Below the pieces are notes generated by a model. The model was not told where the DNA came from. It saw only the letters and a list, made by a program, of their open reading frames with translations, and did no database searches. A DNA stretch of 41,761 nucleotides. Origin: Verrucomicrobiales bacterium (lineage in GTDB: Bacteria > Verrucomicrobiota > Verrucomicrobiia > Verrucomicrobiales > V1-33). The stretch's first letter is position 1. The number at the start of each line of letters is the position of its first letter. Position numbers and translations under genes: made by a program. The stretch is taken from NCBI GenBank assembly GCA_031411295.1, contig JANOAV010000018.1:1-41761 (forward strand), written 5' to 3'. Positions 1-6,696 of the stretch are shown in pieces.

Positions 1-11
1 CCCCTCCGAAA

Positions 12-92
12 CCGAGCGTGGCAGCAGTTGGCCCAACTGCTGCATCCCCACCGGACCTGAACCCAGCAGTCCAGCGGACTGCGACCACACTC
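12..92. repeat. REP-like family A inverted pair (REPIN): GTGG-CAGCAGT..ACTGCTG and reverse copy
   Basis: gtggcagcagttggcccaactgctgc at 18 faces cagcagtccagcggactgcgaccacac at 64-90. A further copy gtggcagcagtcggcccgactgctgc starts at 103. Confidence 0.75.
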
Positions 93-193
93 CCGCCCGA
101 ATGTGGCAGCAGTCGGCCCGACTGCTGCATCCCCCGCAGGAATCCCGCCCACCGCCGACCTGCCCCCGCCGTCGGAAGACTTTTCCCCGTCGT

Positions 194-600
194 GCGCAAG
201 GTCCCATCGCACGAGCGCAACCAGACCTTGCGACCGCGCAAGGTCCCATCGCACGAGCGCAACCAGACCTCGCGACCGCGCAAGGTCCCATCGCACGAGC
301 GCAACCAAACCTTGCGACCGCGCAAGGTCCCACCGCACGACGGCAATAAGACCTTGCGACCGCGCAAGGTCCCACCGCACGAGCGCAATCAGACCTTGCG
401 ACCGCGCGAGGTCCCATTGCCCGAGCGCAATCTGACCTTGCGACCGCGCAAGGTCCTGCTGCACGAGCGCAACCAAACCTTGCGACCGTGCAAAGTCCCA
501 TTGCACGAGCGCAACCAAACCTCGCGACCGCGCGAAGCCTCCCTGCACGACGGCAATCAGACCTTGCGACCACGCGAACTCAATCCGCACGGCAACAGAA
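194..600. repeat. 42-bp tandem repeat array, about 9.5 copies (two 21-bp half-units each starting GCGCAA)
   Basis: Unit gcgcaaggtcccatcgcacgagcgcaaccagaccttgcgacc starts at 194, 236, 278, 320, 362, 404, 446, 488, 530, with a degenerate copy at 572. Confidence 0.95.
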
Positions 601-714
601 TGATTCTGCCCTGCAACGGAAGGATTCCGCACGGCATTCGAACCGGTATGCCACCTGCCCACCCGAAGTAATTCCCGAAGCGCTCCCTTTTGTGCCCCCC
701 GCCCGCCGTGCGCC

Positions 715-747
715 CGGAGCGTGGCAGCAGTCCGCTGGACTGCTCCC
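715..747 (+). repeat. REP-like family A copy
   Basis: cggagcgtggcagcagtccgctggactgctc: GTGG tetranucleotide followed by the AGCAGTCC/GGACTGCT palindrome. Confidence 0.75.
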
Positions 748-888
748 TCCCTCGAACTAACCCCGCAGTCCAGCCGTCGGCCTACCGTAGGCTGCTCTTT
801 TTGCTCATTTCCTTGTAAAAGCCACTTTCGGGCTCATTCGCCCCGCCCCGGACCGCCATTTCTCGACAGCGAAAGCCCTCCGGGACCT

Positions 889-1066
889 CCCGGCCAACCG
901 TCAGGAGCCCCCGGCCAACCGCCAGGAACTCCCGACGAACCGTCAGGAGCTCCCGGACAACCGTCAGGAGTTCCCGGACAACCGTCAGGAGCTCCCGGAC
1001 AATCGCCACGAGCCCCCGACGAACCGTCAGGAGCCCCGGACAACCGTCAGGGGCTCCTGAACAACC
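889..1066. repeat. 21-bp tandem repeat array, about 8.5 copies
   Basis: Consensus cccggacaaccgtcaggagct starts at 889, 910, 931, 952, 973, 994, 1015, 1036 (1-bp deletion), with a partial copy at 1056. Confidence 0.95.
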
Positions 1067-1156
1067 CGTCACCACACTGTTTCCCCCTCACCCAAACCGT
1101 AAAGCATTATCACAACCCCCTTATTCTCAGAAAGTTACCCCAAAACCCCCGCCGCA

Positions 1157-1206
1157 CCCCTCCGAAACCGAGAGAGGCAGCAGCAGGCCCGACTGCTTCA
1201 CCCCAG
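1157..1206 (+). repeat. Direct repeat of positions 1-50, containing a degenerate family A REP
   Basis: cccctccgaaaccgagagaggcagcagcaggcccgactgcttca versus cccctccgaaaccgagcgtggcagcagttggcccaactgctgca at position 1. Confidence 0.8.
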
Positions 1207-1284
1207 TTCCGCTCCCACCCGCCTCCGCCCTCCACCATCTACCTATTCCCGTGCCTTACCCGCACTAAAATTTCCACCCCAACC

Positions 1285-1312
1285 TTGCCAATTTCTCCGC
1301 CCCCTCTAAACT
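1285..1312 (+). promoter_or_regulatory. Possible sigma70-type promoter upstream of the defence cargo genes
   Basis: TTGCCA-16 bp-TAAACT; motif match only. Confidence 0.3.
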
Positions 1313-1411
1313 ACCCGCCTAACGGTGCCCATTTTGCATTTGAGCGCCCCACGTTTCCTCCCCGATTCATCCTCTCAAGTGCCCGCCAAGACCAATTCCA
1401 CCGCCAAAGAC

Positions 1412-1540
1412 TCCAGTGCTAGATTCGATGCGCACCGCGCCGAGCTGGTCACCTTCGCCAACCTGCGCGACACGCCGCATTCGAGGCTGCTGAGCGGGGA
1501 GTTGAGCGTGGCGGATGCCGAGAAGGAGGTTTCCGCATGA
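1412..1540 (+). pseudogene. hsdS: 3' remnant of type I restriction-modification specificity subunit (HsdS)
   Basis: Reads ..ELVTFANLRDTPHSRLLSGELSVADAEKEVSA*, matching the conserved HsdS C-terminal LxxLRDTLLPKLLSGEL motif. The upstream TRDs are absent. The 5' boundary is approximate. Confidence 0.75.
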
Positions 1541-1974
1541 ATCCAAAGCTGATCATTGAGAATCCGCTGTTGGATGAACACGGCAATTTGCATGTTGCCA
1601 TCTCAGGTTATCGTTTTAGGGCTGGAGAGAAATACACGATTCTGGAAATGGGATGGGCTGTGTATATCGCCGAAGCAGAGGTTTCCGAAGAGTGGTTTCG
1701 CGTGCATGGAGAAGTGCGTCCGGCGGAAGAGGGGTGGAACGAGTTAGCTTCGCGGCCTGGGATGCTAGTCAGTAGTCATCCCGTGTTAGTAGCGCTAGCT
1801 CTGCGTGCTTGGTGGCATCGAAATGGGCAACAACTCCCCACAGCGCCAGCCGTCGTGCTGCCGACATTCGACGATGCGGCGGCAGAGGTTCGTAAGCGTC
1901 GGATTCTCAATGATTTCAACTTGTGTCACGCCGATTCCGTGCCAGGGCTGACACGCTGGCAGCCTGACAGATGA
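1537..1974 (+). CDS. Hypothetical protein (145 aa), cargo of type I R-M locus
   Basis: ATGA overlap with the hsdS remnant stop, preceded by an AAGGAGG Shine-Dalgarno. No recognised domain. Confidence 0.65.
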   Translation: MNPKLIIENPLLDEHGNLHVAISGYRFRAGEKYTILEMGWAVYIAEAEVSEEWFRVHGEVRPAEEGWNELASRPGMLVSSHPVLVALALRAWWHRNGQQLPTAPAVVLPTFDDAAAEVRKRRILNDFNLCHADSVPGLTRWQPDR

Positions 1975-2002
1975 TCAAACTCACACAATCAGCCAACCAC
2001 TC

Positions 2003-4138
2003 ATGAGAATATCCACAATCCTCGAAAAGATCGACGAGAACCAACTTTTCGTTCCTGCCTTCCAGCGCGAATACGTTTGGAAGCGCGACGACGCCAAGCA
2101 ACTTATTGATTCGCTCATAAAGGAATATCCGACGGGCACGATGTTGACATGGGAAACGGCGAACCCGCCTGAGTTGAAAGGGCCGCACAAATACAACGAG
2201 AAGCAGGGCGCCGTAAAGCTGCTGCTAGACGGTCAGCAACGCGTGACGACGCTTTACATGCTGATTAACGGAGAAATTCCGCCGTATTACACTGCTCCCG
2301 AAATCATAAATGACACGAGAGGGCTGTATGTGAATGTTGAGACGCTCGAACTGCTCTACTACATGAAAACCCGAATGGAGAACAATCCGTCGTGGCAGAA
2401 CATCACGGACGTTTTCAAGGGCAATGTCAGCGCCTTCGATTTACAGGCGAAGTATGCCGAGACGGGGAAGACTCTCGCGATGGAAGACCTCAGAAGATTG
2501 AACGACAACATCAACGCTATCACTCGAATTAAGGAACGAGAGTTTCCCGAGCAGACGATTCCCGTGAAGGCGAGCATTCGCGAGGCAATCGACATCTTCT
2601 ACAAGGTCAATGCGAGCGGGGTGGCCCTGACCGATGCGGAACTCGCGCTGGCGCAGATTTCCGGTTACTGGCCTCAAGCCCGCGACCGTTTCAAGGCGAA
2701 GCTCACAGCACTAGAAAAGGAGGGTTTCGTGTTCAAGTTGGATTTCATCGTCTATGTCCTGTTGGGCTGTCTCTACCACCTGGGGTCGGACATGAAGAAA
2801 CTGCACGACGCGGAGAACGGAGAAAAGATTCGCGCGGCGTGGGACCGCTTGGAAAAGCAGGTGCTCGACTATGTGGTGAATCTGATGCGGACGAACGCGT
2901 TTGTTGACCACACGGACGAAATCAACTCGCCCTACGCGCTGGTGCCCATCATTGCCTATTGCTTCGACAAGAACGGCACGCATCTGACGGACGCGGAAAT
3001 CCGGAAGATGGTGAAATGGTTTTTCTATTCACAGGTGCGGACGCGCTACGTCAGCCAGTTGCCGCAGAAGCTCGACCGGGATTTGCGGACAGTGGCAGAA
3101 TCACCGCAGCCCTTCGATGCGCTCCTCCAAGTCATCGCCGAAGAGAACCGATTGGAAATCCTGCCTGCTGAGTTTGTGGGCCGCGCGATTCAACATCCGT
3201 TGTTCAGCATGGTGCGCTGGTATCTCAAGAGTCGCGGTGCGGTCTGCTTCACCACCGGAATGAGCCTGCGGAGGAACATGGGCAGCAAATACCAACTGGA
3301 GCGTGACCATATCTTCCCTTACTCGAAACTGAAGGAGGTCGGCTATGGTGAGGGCAACCGCGTCAAATACGCGCTGGCACAGGAACTGACCAACCGAGCA
3401 TTCCTGACGCAGGTAGCCAATCGCGGCAAGTCGGCGGCGCACGCGGCGGACTACCTCGCGGAAGTGAAGCTGAAATTTCCCAAGGCGCTTGAACTGCAAT
3501 GCATACCCGAGGACCCGGAGCTTTGGAAGATTGAGAACTACGAGCAGTTCCTCGAAGAGCGCCGCAAGATGCTCGCGAAGAATCTGAATGGCTTTCTAAA
3601 TAAGATCACGGAGACGGAGGAAACTGTCGCGCCAGCGTCGCTGGAGGATTTGATCGCGGAAGGGGAGAGCGATGAACTGGAGTTCAAATCCACGCTGCGG
3701 TGGGACGTGAAGGAAGGGACGATCAACAAGAAGCTGGAAGAGGTCATCATGAAGACCGTGGCAGCATTCGCCAACTCGCAGGGCGGCACGCTGCTTATCG
3801 GCGTCGCGGATGACGGTGAAGTTCTCGGGCTTGAGCCCGACTATCATTCATTGGGGGGCGTGGACCGCGACAAGTTCGAACTGCATTTGCGCAATCTTCT
3901 CAACCAGCAATTCGGAACAGGCTTCGTGACGAGCAAGGTGGTGATTAAGTTCCGCGAGGTTGACGAAAAAGAAGTCTGCCAGATTGAAACCGCAGCAGCG
4001 AAAGAGCCAGTGATTCTGAAAGTAAAGGACAAGAACGGCCAACTGACGGAGAAATTTTATGCGCGCAGCGGTAACTCATCTCAGGAGATTCCGTTGAGCG
4101 AGATGAGCGCCTACATCAAAGAGCGGTTCCATTCATGA
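2003..4138 (+). CDS. DUF262 (GmrS/ParB-like) + HNH-type (DUF1524-like) + Schlafen AlbA_2 domain protein; GmrSD-like type IV restriction/defence nuclease
   Basis: DUF262 motifs PAFQREYVW, LLDGQQRVTT and FYKVNASGVAL; ERDHIFP..N..N HNH-like motif; C-terminal GESDELEFKS..AAFANSQGGTLLIGVADDG AlbA_2 motif. Confidence 0.9.
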   Translation: MRISTILEKIDENQLFVPAFQREYVWKRDDAKQLIDSLIKEYPTGTMLTWETANPPELKGPHKYNEKQGAVKLLLDGQQRVTTLYMLINGEIPPYYTAPEIINDTRGLYVNVETLELLYYMKTRMENNPSWQNITDVFKGNVSAFDLQAKYAETGKTLAMEDLRRLNDNINAITRIKEREFPEQTIPVKASIREAIDIFYKVNASGVALTDAELALAQISGYWPQARDRFKAKLTALEKEGFVFKLDFIVYVLLGCLYHLGSDMKKLHDAENGEKIRAAWDRLEKQVLDYVVNLMRTNAFVDHTDEINSPYALVPIIAYCFDKNGTHLTDAEIRKMVKWFFYSQVRTRYVSQLPQKLDRDLRTVAESPQPFDALLQVIAEENRLEILPAEFVGRAIQHPLFSMVRWYLKSRGAVCFTTGMSLRRNMGSKYQLERDHIFPYSKLKEVGYGEGNRVKYALAQELTNRAFLTQVANRGKSAAHAADYLAEVKLKFPKALELQCIPEDPELWKIENYEQFLEERRKMLAKNLNGFLNKITETEETVAPASLEDLIAEGESDELEFKSTLRWDVKEGTINKKLEEVIMKTVAAFANSQGGTLLIGVADDGEVLGLEPDYHSLGGVDRDKFELHLRNLLNQQFGTGFVTSKVVIKFREVDEKEVCQIETAAAKEPVILKVKDKNGQLTEKFYARSGNSSQEIPLSEMSAYIKERFHS

Positions 4139-4242
4139 GCCTCTACGAATCAATCCTCGAAGACGGAGCCCCCGAACGGTTCGGGCAGCTGGGCTCTGCG
4201 GTGGAGCACGGGACTTGCTGGGCTCCACCGCCGAGGACGTAG
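4135..4242 (+). pseudogene. hsdR: 5' remnant of type I restriction endonuclease subunit R (HsdR)
   Basis: ATGA overlap with the DUF262 gene stop. Translates to MSLYESILEDGAPERFGQLGSAVEHGTCWAPPPRT*, resembling HsdR N-termini of the form MSLNESxVEDAALEWFGELGYAVxHG, and is truncated after 35 codons. Confidence 0.7.
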
Positions 4243-4290
4243 CTCGACTTTCCAAAGTCGAGAACGCAGCGGACCCCGCCGGGTCTTTGG

Positions 4291-4704
4291 CTAGTCCAAC
4301 ACCAGGGTGACCGCCGCATCGCCACGCAGGGCTTTGGAATAAGGGCAGGTCTCGTGGGCTGCGGCCATGATGCGTTGCGCTTGCTCACGGTCGGTTCCGG
4401 GAAGTTCTGCATGCAACTCCACCGCCAGTCGGTAGCCGCCCTGGTCATCTTCAAGCAAACTCACTAGCGCCCGGACGGTGGTGTTTTCGACGTGAATGCC
4501 GAGCCTTTCAGCCGCATTGCCCACGGCCCCATGATAGCAAGCGGAATAGGCGCCTGCAAAGAGTAGCTCCGGATTGGGGCCACGCGTCTCGATGCCCTGC
4601 TCCAGGGGGTTTCCTAACGTGACGTTCAGCAGTCCATCGGGCGATTGAATCGTTCCCGAACGGGCTCCCTTCGAAATGGCTTCGGCGGTAAATAGTGTTT
4701 TCAT
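4291..4704 (-). CDS. ohr: Ohr family organic hydroperoxide resistance peroxiredoxin
   Basis: GPNPELLFAGAYSAC and HETCPYSKA two-Cys motifs, 137 aa. Confidence 0.93.
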   Translation of the reverse strand: MKTLFTAEAISKGARSGTIQSPDGLLNVTLGNPLEQGIETRGPNPELLFAGAYSACYHGAVGNAAERLGIHVENTTVRALVSLLEDDQGGYRLAVELHAELPGTDREQAQRIMAAAHETCPYSKALRGDAAVTLVLD

Positions 4705-4731
4705 AATTGGATTTGAAAGTGTGGTTGGAGG

Positions 4732-5418
4732 TTATGGCTTCAGAAGTTTAAGCAGAGCGTTGGCGGTTCCGGCGGAAGAGGCGGGGTTTTGGCCCGTGAT
4801 CAGCAACCCGTCGGCTTGCACATAGACGCCCCAGTCCGGTCCCTTGCTGTAATGACCGCCTGCTTTTTTCAGTTCATCCTCCAGCAAAAACGGCACCACG
4901 TTCGTCAGCTTCACGCCGGCTTCCTCTGTGTTCGAAAATCCGGTCACGTTCTTTCCCTTGATCAACGGGTCGCCATTGGGCAGTTTGACGTTGAGCAAGG
5001 CACACGGCGCATGACACACCAAGGCCATGGGCTTTCCTTGTTGTTGAAAGGCTTCGAGCAAGGCGATCGAATGAGCATCCTTGGTCAGATCCCACAAAGG
5101 GCCATGGCCGCCCGGATAGAAAACGGCATCATAGTCGGAAGCCTTGACGTCACTCAATTTCAACGTGTGGGCGAGTTTCTGTTTGAGCGTTTCATCCTTG
5201 GCGAACCGCTGGGTAGATGGGGTTTGAGCCTCAGCCTCCTCGCTTCTGGGATCAATCGGCGGTTGCCCGCCTTTGGGCGAAGCTAGAGTGATTTCCACCC
5301 CGGCATCTGCCAGTGCATAATAGGGGGCGGCCAACTCCTCCACCCAGAACCCAGTTTTCTTGCCGGTGTCACCCAGTTGGCTGTGCGAAGTGAGGATGAT
5401 TAAGATTTTCGTGATCAT
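4732..5418 (-). CDS. DJ-1/PfpI (type 1 glutamine amidotransferase-like, Hsp31-like) protein
   Basis: GFWVEELAAPY, PGGHGP, VCHAP and ITGQNP motifs. Start re-set to ATG 5418 (MITKILIILTSH). Confidence 0.92.
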   Translation of the reverse strand: MITKILIILTSHSQLGDTGKKTGFWVEELAAPYYALADAGVEITLASPKGGQPPIDPRSEEAEAQTPSTQRFAKDETLKQKLAHTLKLSDVKASDYDAVFYPGGHGPLWDLTKDAHSIALLEAFQQQGKPMALVCHAPCALLNVKLPNGDPLIKGKNVTGFSNTEEAGVKLTNVVPFLLEDELKKAGGHYSKGPDWGVYVQADGLLITGQNPASSAGTANALLKLLKP

Positions 5419-5540
5419 AAGATTTGTGATTGAGCGCGGTTCAGGGTGGTAGTTGGTTTTTCCGTTCGTGTGGCGCAAGCTAGCAGGAACGCTGTGGACT
5501 GCACTGGGGGGTAACCCTACCGGGAAGAGTTGCAGGTCAC

Positions 5541-5868
5541 GCTACGTAGCTCGGCATTCCGATGCCGAGAGGGACATGCAGCGCCCGCCACGAATCGAGC
5601 CGGAGGGAAATGCCCGCCATCGCGACATTGGAATGTTGCGCTACGTAGCTTGGCATTCGGATGCCGAGAGGAGCCTGCAGCGTCCGCCACGAATCGAACC
5701 GGGGGGAAGTGCTCGCCATCGCGACATTGGAATGTCGCGCTACGTAGCTTGGCATTCCGATGCCGAGAGGAACATGCTGCGTCTGCCACGAATCGTGCTG
5801 GTGGGAAGTGCCTGCCATCGCGACATTGGAATGTCGCGCTACGTAGCTCGGCATTCCGATGCCGAGAG
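5541..5868. repeat. 99-bp tandem array of inverted GTAG-type REP pairs (BIME/REPIN-like), 3.3 copies
   Basis: gctacgtagc junction at 5541, 5640, 5739 and 5838. Each unit is GTAGCT(C/T)GGCATTCCGATGCCGAG - linker - CGCGACATTGGAATGT(C/T)GCGCTAC. Confidence 0.92.
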
Positions 5869-5869
5869 G

Positions 5870-5896
5870 CGCAGTCCAGCGGACAGCGCCACACTC
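5870..5896 (-). repeat. REP-like family A copy (reverse orientation)
   Basis: Reverse complement reads gtgtggcgctgtccgctggactgcg. Confidence 0.65.
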
Positions 5897-5964
5897 TCCT
5901 CTCACAAAAAATATCGGCCCCATGGACTTGCCATGGGACCGATGCATAATTTTGCTAGGGATAC

Positions 5965-6624
5965 CTAGAGCAGGTTCTCTTTGAGGGCTTTGGCGACGGC
6001 TCCGGCGCGGGTGTGGACTTCCAGCTTGCTGTAGATGCTGCGGATGTGTGCATCCACGGTGTGGTAGTTCATGTCCAGATCCGAGGCGATTTCCTTTTTG
6101 ATGCGACCTTCGACCATGCGATCGAGGATCTGGCGCTCGCGGGGGGTGAGGCCATAGTCTTTACCTTCTGGCGGGGCCATGCTGGAGAAGAGTTCGAGCA
6201 CGCGTTTGGCAATCCGAGGATTGATGGGGGCTCCGCCGCCGAGGACGTCCGTGATAGCGGCGGTGATCTCTTCCATGGGGGCGCTCTTCAAGAGATAACC
6301 GGAAGCGCCATTACAGATGGCTTTGACGATTTTGTCGTCGTCTTCAAAGGCCGTGAGGATGATGACGCGGGTGTCCGGCAGGGCTTTGCGGATGCGGCCC
6401 ACGGCTTCGATGCCGCTGATGCCGGGCAGGCCGACATCCAGCAGCATCACGTCTGGAATATCTCCAATCGCCAAGCGACGGAACGATTCTTCGGCGGAGC
6501 CGAATTCGCCCGCGCAAGTCATGCCATCGAGTTTATTGATAAGACGGGCGCAAGCGCGACGGAAGGGGATGTTGTCTTCGACGAGCCAGACACGGATAGG
6601 ATTTTTTTTCTCTTTTTCAGCCAT
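5965..6624 (-). CDS. NarL/FixJ (REC + LuxR HTH) response regulator
   Basis: LVEDN..PDVMLLDVGLPG..GASGYLLK receiver domain; LTPRERQIL..KEIASDL..TVDAHIRSIYSKL HTH. Confidence 0.93.
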   Translation of the reverse strand: MAEKEKKNPIRVWLVEDNIPFRRACARLINKLDGMTCAGEFGSAEESFRRLAIGDIPDVMLLDVGLPGISGIEAVGRIRKALPDTRVIILTAFEDDDKIVKAICNGASGYLLKSAPMEEITAAITDVLGGGAPINPRIAKRVLELFSSMAPPEGKDYGLTPRERQILDRMVEGRIKKEIASDLDMNYHTVDAHIRSIYSKLEVHTRAGAVAKALKENLL

Positions 6625-6696
6625 GATGTTAATTAGTAGGGGTTTACGGTTTGGCGAATGATCGTTTGCGGGAGGGAACCCACGCGTTGGTGGAGC

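Noticed and set aside
194..600. CRISPR array
   Set aside because: Units are contiguous with no unique spacers, and no cas genes are in the window.
1317..1420. attC site starting at GCCTAAC
   Set aside because: No complementary arm or downstream GTTRRRY at a suitable distance.
18..1422. ORFs 18-671, 721-1422, 782-1075 and overlaps as confident genes
   Set aside because: They start inside REP palindromes or repeats, are low complexity and show no recognisable domain or Shine-Dalgarno. Kept only as a hypothesis under findings.
1325..1540. Intact 71-aa gene
   Set aside because: Only the last ~40 codons resemble HsdS; the N-terminal part is intergenic-like, so it was called a pseudogene.
5541..5868. 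CRISPR array with palindromic repeats
   Set aside because: The linkers are homologous to one another, so they are not spacers; the structure fits tandem REP pairs.
5453..5968. Four overlapping ORFs over the 99-bp array
   Set aside because: Open frames are a by-product of a 99-bp (multiple of 3) GC-rich repeat.
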